The notes beneath the pieces were generated by a model, which was not told the DNA's origin, ran no database searches, and was given only the letters and a program-made list of their open reading frames with translations. From positions 1 through 64,000 of the IMG/VR virus record IMGVR_UViG_3300008448_000002: DNA of 64,000 bases. One strand, given 5' to 3'. The translations under genes were made by a program, and so were the position numbers. Shown one piece after another: positions 29,101 to 38,138 of the stretch. How positions within the stretch are numbered: the first letter of the stretch is position 1; the number at the start of each line of letters is the position of its first letter. This stretch comes from a virus.

Positions 29101-31110
29101 TGCCCATCTTGATTTTTCTCTATCGAAACTACTCAATACATGTGAGTCATTTGATAAAACTAATAATTTCAATAAGTTAAAGTCTTTATAACCTTTTCCT
29201 CTAATGCTTAAATTGATATGTAGACCTGTTGCCTCGTTTGTGTTGCCATTCTTTTGTATGTAATTAAATATTTTATTGATTTGTTCTAAACCAGTTTTTA
29301 ATTCAAATGGTGGACTAATGATTTCTACGGGTACTAAACCATCATAACTACTGTCTAAAGACGAATCTGGTTCTAAAATATAAGTATCTGGTCTTCTTTC
29401 GGTATGATGGTAGCCATCACTTACTATTGTTTCATACCCTGTTAATTTTTCTATTTTTGGGGCATGTTGATGATAGTGTTCTGATTGTTCTTCTTCCTCG
29501 TCTTCATCATATTGTGTTATGTCGTCCCAATATTCTAATGTTCCCTGTGAAGTATCAATAACTAATTTATATTCACCTCTTTCGTTAGTGTATACTGAAC
29601 CACTACCATCCAATTCTGTAATTACATCTATCATCACTTGATTTAATGATTTATAATACTCTTTGTAAAATGTTTCTTTATCATACATAGTATCAAACAT
29701 ACGTTGTATATGATACTGAATATCCATATGTGAATCATTTTGTTTTTTAAGTAACAGGTAGATTATTTCTATCATATTACTATCATTGTCAGTAATATTA
29801 TCGAAATCCAATGGATAATAAGTCCCGCCATATGCTCTAAAATAACGATTATTGTCATTTTCTTTAAAAGCGGCTGTTCTTGATTCTTTAAATATTCTTA
29901 TTATATCTTTTTCATCTTTTTTAATAAAGTTTTTTATATGTTCATCTTCGCCGTCTAATTGCCATTCTTTATACTTTTCATCTATTATTCCTCTATAAGA
30001 ATAAGTGTGCTCACCAACATTGTCTAAATAATCTTGTATAGTATAAACCCATTCTTCAATATCACTAGGAGAAGTAACAGATTTTAAATCAATAGTCGTA
30101 CTTGGTGTCCCATCACCTTCTTCTCTGGCACTTTGCTTGGCATACGCGCTATATGAAGCAGTAACATAACACTCTGCTTCAAATCCCATGACAATATCGT
30201 TGAGATTGTCTTTCTTAAACATTTTTTCATTTAACATTTCAAAATGTTCTGTGAGGTTTTCTATCTCGGTAACATCAATAATACCATCATCAACAAATTC
30301 ATCATATGTTTCATCATCGGTATAGATAACATCGGGATTTTTATTAGTAAATATCAAGGTTTTTAAATCATCAATACTATATTCTGTACAACCGCCAAAC
30401 TTGTTTTTAAAATCATGGCAAGATTCTTTATAGGCGTTAATCGCCGCCTGTTTGTTTTTAAAGCCTATCATGAACTTATCTTCATCAAACTTCATTCCAA
30501 CTTTATCTAGTTGATGTATGACGAATATAGGGGCATTCTTAACGGGTTTCGTATTCAAAAAGAAATCTAATTCTTCACCATCGGGAGAAATAGTATTAAC
30601 TATACTACCATAATGATAAACTTGTTCTCTTGACCATTCTTCACCATCATCATTAACCCCTTTACGAATATCTCCAGCAAGGGTTTCAATGTTAAGTTTA
30701 ATTCCATGATAGTTTACAACTTTTTTTGGTTTGATAGAATCTCGTAATTCTTTACTATTAACCCAAAAATATTCAAAAATATCATTATATTGTTCAGTAA
30801 ATACATCTTTAATAAAATTAGAAAATCTTAAAACCTTTGAACCGTCTTCAAATACATTATTATTCTTAATGAAATCATTTACTAACAAGGATAATTCGTT
30901 ATTATCTGATTCTAATTTTGGTAGTTTTGGAAAATATACATCATTATATTGTTGCTCCGCAGTCATCAAGTACTTGATACATACCGTTTTAAGAGTTTCC
31001 TTAATAGTATATTCATCTTTAAAATCAATATCTTTTTTTGTTTCGGGATGATTCAATATTAAATCTAAATATTGTTTCCATGTTGCCAGTTCTACCATTT
31101 TAACTCCCAA
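26176..31110 (-). CDS. Polyvalent-type protein: inorganic pyrophosphatase-like domain + two tandem amidoligase (COOH-NH2 ligase) domains
   Basis: YGSIVNTISPDGEELDFF...FDEDKFMIGF; two copies of GFEAEC / EPDSSL / EIISPP / GLHINLS / KYQSINL / YIEWRAAGG. Confidence 0.75.
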   Translation of the reverse strand: MGVKMVELATWKQYLDLILNHPETKKDIDFKDEYTIKETLKTVCIKYLMTAEQQYNDVYFPKLPKLESDNNELSLLVNDFIKNNNVFEDGSKVLRFSNFIKDVFTEQYNDIFEYFWVNSKELRDSIKPKKVVNYHGIKLNIETLAGDIRKGVNDDGEEWSREQVYHYGSIVNTISPDGEELDFFLNTKPVKNAPIFVIHQLDKVGMKFDEDKFMIGFKNKQAAINAYKESCHDFKNKFGGCTEYSIDDLKTLIFTNKNPDVIYTDDETYDEFVDDGIIDVTEIENLTEHFEMLNEKMFKKDNLNDIVMGFEAECYVTASYSAYAKQSAREEGDGTPSTTIDLKSVTSPSDIEEWVYTIQDYLDNVGEHTYSYRGIIDEKYKEWQLDGEDEHIKNFIKKDEKDIIRIFKESRTAAFKENDNNRYFRAYGGTYYPLDFDNITDNDSNMIEIIYLLLKKQNDSHMDIQYHIQRMFDTMYDKETFYKEYYKSLNQVMIDVITELDGSGSVYTNERGEYKLVIDTSQGTLEYWDDITQYDEDEEEEQSEHYHQHAPKIEKLTGYETIVSDGYHHTERRPDTYILEPDSSLDSSYDGLVPVEIISPPFELKTGLEQINKIFNYIQKNGNTNEATGLHINLSIRGKGYKDFNLLKLLVLSNDSHVLSSFDREKSRWAGSTVEKLRKTISTTLNKVIDLERIEIILNPLIDNYFTNEKYQSINLSRLKNSGYIEWRAAGGSGYHTKFSEVKRNIEQFAGAMEAACNPDYMKKEYYTKLFKLVDGIVNNQDTPTTNNDVIKYLKKFSSNIPFYKELYTLSSYINGVDLDSRYAHLGNMSREQTILQFSRLLYDVYKYTIKRGNKIPPKDLLAIRTIAKKLDITKDDFEMIERYSSMVLSFDIIQKILGIKELSDSHFIKVTNLLIENEKYSKVITGDLKKLIERKSGLSLEDYTKLLKEQQLNEKMFKKDNLTDIVMGFEAECYVSSTGELPDDYEPNAPNPQKEWVLSDISCESHLVDDIQGLFENVDDFDNYYEAFSEIKLSWMFDRKRIHSFIKDYDSIIKNTFLKSTDYLLGDENYVISLHDKKYLLNLSTMTNDNSEMIDIVIEMLSFTNENYTDVGGKIDELFEEYFSTNMPEQFDTMKDFFIFILKRMGNQYEYEKINGEHKLYISITDDILQYWDDIYSDNDEESTSIHYHEHAPVIQKLTGYKTIVSDGYHNTERQPDTYILEPDSSLDSDYNEMIPVEIISPPFELKTGLEQISKIFKYIEEKGDTNDACGLHINLSIKGKSYKDFNLLKLLVLSNDSHVLSSFNREKSNWAASVVDKLKRVISSNVQSVGDIQFIENTLNPLIDESLTNAKYQSINLSRLKNDGYIEWRAAGGSGYHTKFSEVKRNTEMFAGAMEAACNPEYLKKEYYTKLFKLVDGIVNKPTVSSDWTDSDYKKYIEKNKDKIPYYKELSVLNKFIGKAHLFNIVPFLTSNDRKDASGIFNSILNEIIIVSKKNEEYLTPTVKNALRSLFNKMNLNKDDIFKNVQNYTSYRQPEMPVKEINDIMGFEKELSDSHFIKATNLLTENEKYSQIVSDDLKNIIESNTGLSLQEYTKLLKEQKLTEKFSKKAHDWVKKRVDDLYPSKVKTKGLAFALAWEQYKNK
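26296..30225 (-). repeat. Internal tandem duplication (1980-bp and 1950-bp units)
   Basis: Both units begin KMFKKDNL.DIVMGFEAECYV and end KELSDSHFIK...YTKLLKEQ.L(N/T)E; DNA similarity is visible at 28191 versus 30171. Confidence 0.9.
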
Positions 31111-31418
31111 AAGAATGTATTGTTTGTGTTTGTATTAAGTTTTCTTACTATTGAATATCCCAAGTCTTGAAAATATTTAATGACCGTATTCATCTGGTCG
31201 TCTAAAACTTTATTTACAGAGGTTGCTTTCCATGAATTATAATATGCCTGTCCCGTGTCACTTGCCGTCATTACTGTACCTGTATTAACAGTTGCCGTAA
31301 ATAATTGTAAAGCTATTTGGTCAAGTACTTTTCTCTCTAATGTTCTAATTTCATTAAAAACCAATGATGTATTAAAGGATAACATATTGGCATTACTCGC
31401 AGTTGGAAATATACTCAT
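31092..31418 (-). CDS. Conserved hypothetical protein, probably structural
   Basis: 108 aa in a coupled late cluster. Confidence 0.6.
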   Translation of the reverse strand: MSIFPTASNANMLSFNTSLVFNEIRTLERKVLDQIALQLFTATVNTGTVMTASDTGQAYYNSWKATSVNKVLDDQMNTVIKYFQDLGYSIVRKLNTNTNNTFFWELKW

Positions 31419-31753
31419 TTAATAGACCTCTTCGCTGTTTTGGTTGCCATTTTCTCGATAGTTCCTTGAAAGTTTTTCTGTTTATTTTTAGTTTCTGAAT
31501 TACCTTTAAAGTAAACAATATCTCCAACTTTTGGAAATGAACTGTCTGATTCTACTTTTTCCACTACAGGAATAGTAATCAAGGTATTTTTAATGACATC
31601 ATTATCTAAAACCATGTTCAAAGATGATTTATTAAGAATGCCTTTAAGTTGTTTAAAGGTTATGAACCCAACACCTTTTTGGCTAATAGGAAGAAGGATG
31701 TTCAAAAGAACATCCCTCAATTCAAAATCATCATTATCTTCAAAGATTTTCAT
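31415..31753 (-). CDS. Hypothetical protein
   Basis: 112 aa, coupled. Confidence 0.6.
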   Translation of the reverse strand: MKIFEDNDDFELRDVLLNILLPISQKGVGFITFKQLKGILNKSSLNMVLDNDVIKNTLITIPVVEKVESDSSFPKVGDIVYFKGNSETKNKQKNFQGTIEKMATKTAKRSIK

Positions 31754-31754
31754 A

Positions 31755-32618
31755 CTATTTCTTCTTACTTTTAATCCACTCTGCCAATTTCTTAGGGTCT
31801 TCTTTTTTCTTATTTAGAATTTTACTTTTGAAGTCAAAATACTGTTCTTTGTTCATCTTTTGGGCAGATTCAGTTAAAATCCATCTTACCAAAGTATCAA
31901 TGGATTCATTAACACCTTCGAGTTTTTTATACGCCATTGCTGGAATAAACATAGTTGTTTGTTTATTGCCTTTTTTTAACACAACAGTAATACCATCTTT
32001 TTTAATATCAACAACAGTAGTAACTAAATCAGGAAAATTATATTTCAGTTCTTCAAAATATTTCTTTTCGATGGGATTCAAAGGAGATTTACTATTTTTT
32101 TCCAAATAATCCGCCATTGCCGTCTTTAATACTTTTACTTTATCACCTTTTTTAACATCATCGGCGGATTCTTTAAGTTTTCTACCAACTGGTTCATCTT
32201 CTTCGCCAGCAGCAGTAGGCACAGCTCCAAATCCATCATCCATTTCTTCTTCTTGAGGGGCAACTTCAACAGCATCATTGGAATCATCATATGCCATGTC
32301 ACTAAAGTTTCCTTCGCTAGAAACATCAAAATTACCTTCTAAACCAGTGATGAAATCACTAATTTTATCTTTTGATACTCTTAACTGTTCAATAGATGAA
32401 TCAAGCTCGGATTTTACAAGTTGTTCAAAATCATCAGACAACTTTTCACCAAATACAGTTCTCATTGTATCGGCAAGAGGCATGGTATCTTCGATTTCGA
32501 TTTCTGCCAATCGCTCGATTGCTTTTTGTATGTTATTGATTAAGTCTTTTGCCGCAAGAATAACTTCTGCTTTTTGTAGACCATCTTCTAATAGTAATGA
32601 TATTTTATTGTGTCTCAT
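31755..32618 (-). CDS. Probable prohead core/scaffold-like protein
   Basis: Acidic helical protein with LLE, LKES, VNES and LTES motifs. Confidence 0.5.
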   Translation of the reverse strand: MRHNKISLLLEDGLQKAEVILAAKDLINNIQKAIERLAEIEIEDTMPLADTMRTVFGEKLSDDFEQLVKSELDSSIEQLRVSKDKISDFITGLEGNFDVSSEGNFSDMAYDDSNDAVEVAPQEEEMDDGFGAVPTAAGEEDEPVGRKLKESADDVKKGDKVKVLKTAMADYLEKNSKSPLNPIEKKYFEELKYNFPDLVTTVVDIKKDGITVVLKKGNKQTTMFIPAMAYKKLEGVNESIDTLVRWILTESAQKMNKEQYFDFKSKILNKKKEDPKKLAEWIKSKKK

Positions 32619-32925
32619 ATTTTCCTCTTTTTGATTTTGAGCGTTTTGGGGCGACTTCTCTAAGAATAATTCTCATTGATTCCATGATAAGTGTATTTTT
32701 TCTATAAACTTTATCTTCTATTGATATGGATGGATTAATATAAGACAAATGTTTATTTTTATCTTCATATAATTTAAATATTCTCTTTGCCTCATTAATG
32801 TCATCTACCGACAATGACAAATCAAACTCTTCTCTAAGCATGGAGTTGAATTGTTTCAATGTATTATCAGTTGTATGAATATCGTCAATGAGCATCAGGG
32901 AATTGTTCCAAATAACTAGTTTCAC
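32605..32925 (-). CDS. Hypothetical late protein
   Basis: GTG start; TATAAATA at 32929-32936 on the minus strand. Confidence 0.55.
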   Translation of the reverse strand: MKLVIWNNSLMLIDDIHTTDNTLKQFNSMLREEFDLSLSVDDINEAKRIFKLYEDKNKHLSYINPSISIEDKVYRKNTLIMESMRIILREVAPKRSKSKRGKYETQ

Positions 32926-32942
32926 ATATATTTATAAAAAAA

Positions 32943-33152
32943 CTAATCTTTGGGTGCTCGAATGTAAACTAAACAGTTATTATACTTTTTCTTCAATAAA
33001 ATATCATTAATATATAATTTTTGGGCAAGAATTTTCTCTCTGTCTGTTAAATCCTTTGAGTAGACAAACTTATTTTGTTCTATTTTTTCTAACAATTCAG
33101 CTTGTTCATTATCAATAATGACTTGTTTATCTTTTATTATTGCGATTCGCAT
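32943..33152 (-). CDS. Hypothetical protein
   Basis: 69 aa. Confidence 0.55.
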   Translation of the reverse strand: MRIAIIKDKQVIIDNEQAELLEKIEQNKFVYSKDLTDREKILAQKLYINDILLKKKYNNCLVYIRAPKD

Positions 33153-33657
33153 TTTTCAAGTTCTCTATATCATTTTGTAACTGTATAATTCTCTTGTCGA
33201 TTATACCTTCGGATATTAGTGTTTTTACAGCATTTTCTAATGTGTGGAGATTTTGGGCAACTTTATATGATTTTGAATTATTTGTACCTGCGAGCTTCAA
33301 TACACTATCAATCTCATAGATAGTGTTACAATCATTTAATGATTCTTCAATTTCTTTAATCTTATCATTTCTATTATAATCTTTTTTAGACGTATGACTT
33401 CCAGCACCCGATTTAAACTTAGATGCCATCACTAAATGATTTCTTGGTTGTCTTGTGTCCTTTTTCATAATTCTATATTTCTTTAACATTTTCTCGAAAT
33501 TACTATAGCTATTATATATATCATTATCTCCAATAATATCAAGTAATTTCATGTAATCATCACCATCTAACATATAAAGAAACTTTTTAGCTGTCATTTC
33601 ATCTAAGCCATATTTTCCTAAAATTGAGATAAAAGATAATGTCATTATTTTTTCCAT
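33127..33657 (-). CDS. Hypothetical protein with basic GAGSH segment
   Basis: KFKSGAGSHTSKKDYNR motif; CATAAATA upstream at 33675-33682. Confidence 0.6.
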   Translation of the reverse strand: MEKIMTLSFISILGKYGLDEMTAKKFLYMLDGDDYMKLLDIIGDNDIYNSYSNFEKMLKKYRIMKKDTRQPRNHLVMASKFKSGAGSHTSKKDYNRNDKIKEIEESLNDCNTIYEIDSVLKLAGTNNSKSYKVAQNLHTLENAVKTLISEGIIDKRIIQLQNDIENLKNANRNNKR

Positions 33658-33722
33658 TAAGTTGTACTATCAACTATTTATGTAAAAATCATAAATAATA
33701 ATATAATGCGGAGGGCTTAGTC

Positions 33723-33971
33723 ATAGATACTGTTGTCACATATATTTTAAAGTCTTTATCCACTGGTGGAGTAGAAGCTATTATAGCTTTGCTAGTTGCC
33801 ATCATTGCCTTCCTCATTTGGGATAGAATGGGACTTAATAAAAAATTAACTAAAAAAGAAGAAAAACTAGAAAAATTAATAGAAGATTATTATGAAAGTA
33901 ATGAATCAGTAATAACGGCATTAAGCGGTATTAAATTGGCATTAACAAAATTGGGAAATAAAATCAAATGA
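33723..33971 (+). CDS. Small membrane protein (holin-like?), probable ATA start
   Basis: GGAGG 8 nt before an in-frame ATA at 33723; TM segment IIALLVAIIAFLIW followed by a coiled coil. Confidence 0.5.
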   Translation: MDTVVTYILKSLSTGGVEAIIALLVAIIAFLIWDRMGLNKKLTKKEEKLEKLIEDYYESNESVITALSGIKLALTKLGNKIK

Positions 33972-34957
33972 AGTTTGGCTTTAACAGAAAAGATACAGAT
34001 ACAGATAAGGATATTGAAAACATGGAAAGACTAAAAAAAACAAAATTGAGCCTGTTGGAGATTGTTAAATCTACCTGTGAAATCGCAGATGAAGTATCAT
34101 GTAAATTAGATAAAGATGAAACACTTTTTGGAAGAAATGTAGATATCGAAATAATTAATAGTATACAAGAACCAGTTTTAATACTAGATGTTAGTGGATA
34201 TATTACTTACTGTAACATAAAAGCCGAAGAGCTTTTATCACTTACAAAAGATGAACTTTCAAAATATCACATTTTGAAACTTTTATCAGAATATTCTAGT
34301 GATTTTGAAAGAAATATTGATTTTGAAAAAATATTAACAAATTACTCTGAAAATACAGTAGAAAATAAACACATTACACTTGATAAACACCCATCAAAAA
34401 TAAAACACATTACGCTATCTAGTACCCTATATAAAACAACTGATGGAGAATTGTGGTTTGTTTTTATAAAAGACAAATCAGAGTTAATTAAAAAAGAACA
34501 AGAAAACACATTAATAAAAAATAAAGTAAAAATATATGAAGAAGTTTTAGAAAGTTTCACAGTGAGTAACAATGAGATGTTAGTTGCCGTAGATAAAGAA
34601 TGGAATGTAGTATATTACAATACCTCCTATAAAGAAAAATTAAAAAAAATATTTAACATCAATATAAAAGTTGGAGAAAATATTAAAAATTATATTACTT
34701 CTATAAAAGAAATGATGAATGATAACCTATATCCAATTGATAATTGGAAAAAATGCTTATTAGGAAAGCCATGTTCTGATGAAAGTACATTTAAAATAAA
34801 AAATAATGAATATTCATTTTTAAATACATTCATACCAATTTATGATGAAAATAAAAGTATCATTGGAGCTATACAAACAATGAAAGAATTATCTCCCACT
34901 ATTTCTATCAATGTACAAAAGAAACAAAAAGAAAAAATAAGTTCAGAAAAAATATAA
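33968..34957 (+). CDS. Tandem PAS-domain protein without an output domain
   Basis: IINSIQEPVLILDVSGYITYCNIKAEELL and MLVAVDKEWNVVYYN...IYDENKSIIGAI. Confidence 0.7.
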   Translation: MKFGFNRKDTDTDKDIENMERLKKTKLSLLEIVKSTCEIADEVSCKLDKDETLFGRNVDIEIINSIQEPVLILDVSGYITYCNIKAEELLSLTKDELSKYHILKLLSEYSSDFERNIDFEKILTNYSENTVENKHITLDKHPSKIKHITLSSTLYKTTDGELWFVFIKDKSELIKKEQENTLIKNKVKIYEEVLESFTVSNNEMLVAVDKEWNVVYYNTSYKEKLKKIFNINIKVGENIKNYITSIKEMMNDNLYPIDNWKKCLLGKPCSDESTFKIKNNEYSFLNTFIPIYDENKSIIGAIQTMKELSPTISINVQKKQKEKISSEKI

Positions 34958-34961
34958 AAAC

Positions 34962-34990
34962 AAAAAAGCCCCCAAATCGGGGGCTTTTTT
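34962..34990. terminator. Bidirectional rho-independent terminator
   Basis: AAAAAAGCCCCC-AAATC-GGGGGCTTTTTT between convergent genes. Confidence 0.9.
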
Positions 34991-35005
34991 AATCTTAAAA
35001 CAATC

Positions 35006-35422
35006 TTAGAGACTGTTTGTGTTAGAGAACGTAACCGCGAGGTTGTTGTTCGTTGTTGGCGAAGTGAATACAAAATCACCCACACCATTCAAGCTAGAAG
35101 CGAGAGAAGGTGTAGCACCTTCCCAAGCATCATGCTCAATAGCGAACTTCAACACATATACAGTGTTGTTACCAGAAGGAAGAGCAGAAGCCGCAGGAAT
35201 ATCAGTGATAGCTGCTTTATCTTCTACGCTGGTAGAAAAATCCAAAACTACTGGTTGTGCTCTGAGGCTAATGGTTTCAACAAGTTTGTCGATGTTAATT
35301 TGGTTAGCATCTGTTGGGCTTGTAGAAGCAGTTAGGTTTACAAGTGTACGAATCTTGTAGTAGTTGAGGTTCTTAGTAAGAAACTCACCACCTTTTGACG
35401 TACCGTTTACTTTATCTGACAT
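35006..35422 (-). CDS. Virion structural protein
   Basis: 138 aa with TATAAATA at 35461-35468, a good RBS and a terminator. Confidence 0.6.
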   Translation of the reverse strand: MSDKVNGTSKGGEFLTKNLNYYKIRTLVNLTASTSPTDANQINIDKLVETISLRAQPVVLDFSTSVEDKAAITDIPAASALPSGNNTVYVLKFAIEHDAWEGATPSLASSLNGVGDFVFTSPTTNNNLAVTFSNTNSL

Positions 35423-35480
35423 ATTTTAAATCTCCTAATTATGTGCGATAGTTATACAACTATTTATACAAAAACTATTT

Positions 35481-35657
35481 TTAGCGTCTAATCATGGTTG
35501 GTTTAGATTGTTTTTTCTTTTTTTGTTTTTCATAGATGCCTTGATGTCCATTTATATCAAAACCATCACTTGTTAATGGCATAGCTACACAAGCCACATT
35601 TCCCGATGATGTAGAACCAGCGGTTGCGTTTTCTTTTAATAATTCATCTAATAACAT
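35481..35657 (-). CDS. 58-aa protein (below track cutoff)
   Basis: MLLDELLKENATAGSTSSGNVA...KKKKQSKPTMIRR; TAATG coupling to the upstream gene. Confidence 0.65.
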   Translation of the reverse strand: MLLDELLKENATAGSTSSGNVACVAMPLTSDGFDINGHQGIYEKQKKKKQSKPTMIRR

Positions 35658-36370
35658 TATTTGCTCCCTACTGTGCCACCTAATAATGCGCCAATTAATG
35701 TTGATACAAATGTACTAGGTTTTTTACACTTTCCTGTTTCCGCATTACATGGTACATCTAATTCCATTTTTTCTTTTGATGCCCATTCTTCAAAGTTTTT
35801 TCTGATTTCGTCTTGTACTGGCAATCTATGTCTTAATGCTTGTAATAATCTTGTTACAGCTATCTTTTTTCTATTGTGTTGGTCTATATCCCAGTCAACA
35901 ATTAATCTTCTAAGATTTTTATAGCTTGATTCTTCAATGCCCAATCTTTTTTCCATGATGTAGATAAATGTAAAATCTAAGTGATTATCGTGTTCTCCGC
36001 TATGGAGTCGAGCGAAGTACCCTCTTAACAATGTTTTATCAATAGTTACAGAATTAATGAATACTCTGCTTTCTTCTTTATCTTTGAGCATCTTTATGAT
36101 AGATTCATTATCGTGCGTCATGAATACATATAACAATAGGGAAAAGTCATTCTTAATGTTATTATAACCTCTAAAGTTAGTTGTTAATACTTGCTCGGCA
36201 TAATTCATAGTGAAGCGTTTTTTAAGAAATGTTTTACGCATGATTTGTATTGCCAGTAGATACAAATATACCATATTTGCTAAATCTCTGGCATTATATC
36301 GCTTAAAGTCAGAAATAGACTTGATTGTCTTACCTTCTGTTAAATCTTGTAAAAAATCAAAGCTCATCAT
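35657..36370 (-). CDS. Conserved hypothetical, probably head-associated
   Basis: Starts MMSFDFLQDLTEG. Confidence 0.55.
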   Translation of the reverse strand: MMSFDFLQDLTEGKTIKSISDFKRYNARDLANMVYLYLLAIQIMRKTFLKKRFTMNYAEQVLTTNFRGYNNIKNDFSLLLYVFMTHDNESIIKMLKDKEESRVFINSVTIDKTLLRGYFARLHSGEHDNHLDFTFIYIMEKRLGIEESSYKNLRRLIVDWDIDQHNRKKIAVTRLLQALRHRLPVQDEIRKNFEEWASKEKMELDVPCNAETGKCKKPSTFVSTLIGALLGGTVGSK

Positions 36371-37172
36371 AAAGTCCTTCTGGAATAGTAATCCCCAAGG
36401 TATTTATCTTATTTTTGAATATTTTAGTAACGGTGTCAAGTCTTTGTTGATTATGGTTGTTCATCTCCTTAAAAATAGTGGCAACCCCCTCTATAGTCAT
36501 TAATTGTTCTTGGTCTATTGTATTGTCAAAATAACAATCAATGAAGCAATCCACCGTATTTATATAAGGTATTTTAATCAGGGATTTATATCCAAAATTC
36601 TCTTCAAAGTCAATAGAAGACATTTCTTTTAATGTTTTCAATCGTTTTCCATTTTTTAAAGATTTTCCTCTATACCTCCAAAACACACCCTCATTAAAGA
36701 GTAGCGTTGGACCATAACGGGCAATCATATCATCACCGTTAAATAATGTAAACAATGATTGTTCGGCAACTATAGAAGAGAGATAGATATTTCTAAACAA
36801 TCCCTTGTACTTAGAATTTGGCGATGAATAATAGATAAACTTCTGCCACTCATAGTTTCCGAGGACAAAATCTATTTGCGTATATTGTTCTTTGTTATAA
36901 GGATGCGGATAAGAAACACTAAACATATTCTTTTTATAAACATGTTTAAATACGGATAATTTTTTATGTATATTTGATAAATCAAACGATTCTTTATCGA
37001 AGTTTATATCAATATCATTTGATACATCTTTTTTAGTGGCAGAACCAAGAATACTATCAAGGAGATATGAACAAGTAATGTCGTCCCCTAAAAAATTAGC
37101 AAGGTCATTTAAAACAATAAAAACATCGTTTTTTAATATAGGAGATGTATTGTCAAATATCTTGCCGCCCAT
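36357..37172 (-). CDS. Putative nucleotidyltransferase (pol-beta fold)
   Basis: LGSATKKDVSNDIDI (GS...DxD) and QIDF third acidic residue. Confidence 0.55.
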   Translation of the reverse strand: MGGKIFDNTSPILKNDVFIVLNDLANFLGDDITCSYLLDSILGSATKKDVSNDIDINFDKESFDLSNIHKKLSVFKHVYKKNMFSVSYPHPYNKEQYTQIDFVLGNYEWQKFIYYSSPNSKYKGLFRNIYLSSIVAEQSLFTLFNGDDMIARYGPTLLFNEGVFWRYRGKSLKNGKRLKTLKEMSSIDFEENFGYKSLIKIPYINTVDCFIDCYFDNTIDQEQLMTIEGVATIFKEMNNHNQQRLDTVTKIFKNKINTLGITIPEGLYDEL

Positions 37173-37173
37173 A

Positions 37174-38100
37174 TTACAATTCCTGTTTTAAGCTATAGAA
37201 ATACAATCTTGTTTTTTGGTCGAGAAATCCCTTATAGGAAATATAAGAGCCATTAACTTCTATTGTTGATTCTTTACTAAATTGTAGATATTTTTTGAAT
37301 GCTTCATCCAATTCTGTCTTTGGAACAGTGCCCGATTTTATCAAATAGTTTAATCCCTCTGTTTTGGTTCTTCCAAAGAGATAATTTCGCCAAATGTGAG
37401 TATAATTATTACAAAGATGGAAATTATCACCATCCATGATTTTAAATGTTATATTACCATCGGTATATACACCGCCTTCAATAAAATTAAAGTCAAATTG
37501 CGAAGGTATATATGGATAATAGGAAATTATATTACCATTATAAACAATCTTCTTATCATCAATATCTTTTTTGGGGATTTTATCTATAATCATCGCCTGT
37601 ATTTCTTCAATATACTGCGATAATAATGTCAATATTGGAGTGTCATTAAATACCTTATTCTTTACTACAGTAAATATTTCTATTTTATTAACAAGAGTTA
37701 ATTGTAAATTATCATCTACTACAGGTATCTGCGCCGCGATTTGTATTTCATTTTTAAGTATGTCTATATTTGAATTGGTTATTACTAGAGTATTGGTAGG
37801 GGATTTCCTCGGAATACTATTGGGTAAATATCCATACAATATTTCAAAATCAATAAAATCTCCATTCTTAAACTCATTACTGTAGGAGGAAAAGTACCAG
37901 AAAAATTGCTTATACATCCAAAGAGATATATTTTCTATTTCATAGACATTTCTAAATGTTCTTGTCTTTGTTTTTAAATAGAATCCAGAATCATCTTTTC
38001 CAACAGACATAAAACTGCCGTCAATCTTTTCAGATACGGATAGATTACCTGTATTAATTTTTAAAAACTGTCTGTTGCTGATTTGATAAAAATGTTTCAT
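37174..38100 (-). CDS. RNA-ligase-like / ATP-grasp protein
   Basis: VSEKIDGS (KxDG motif I), FEIL, EGGVY...FKI. Confidence 0.45.
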   Translation of the reverse strand: MKHFYQISNRQFLKINTGNLSVSEKIDGSFMSVGKDDSGFYLKTKTRTFRNVYEIENISLWMYKQFFWYFSSYSNEFKNGDFIDFEILYGYLPNSIPRKSPTNTLVITNSNIDILKNEIQIAAQIPVVDDNLQLTLVNKIEIFTVVKNKVFNDTPILTLLSQYIEEIQAMIIDKIPKKDIDDKKIVYNGNIISYYPYIPSQFDFNFIEGGVYTDGNITFKIMDGDNFHLCNNYTHIWRNYLFGRTKTEGLNYLIKSGTVPKTELDEAFKKYLQFSKESTIEVNGSYISYKGFLDQKTRLYFYSLKQEL

Positions 38101-38138
38101 AGTAAAGATTTATCATTTACTATGAGTGTTGTCAACTA

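Noticed and set aside
38101-38135. TTGACA upstream of 37174..38100 as a sigma70 promoter
   Set aside because: No acceptable -10 hexamer at 16-18 bp spacing.
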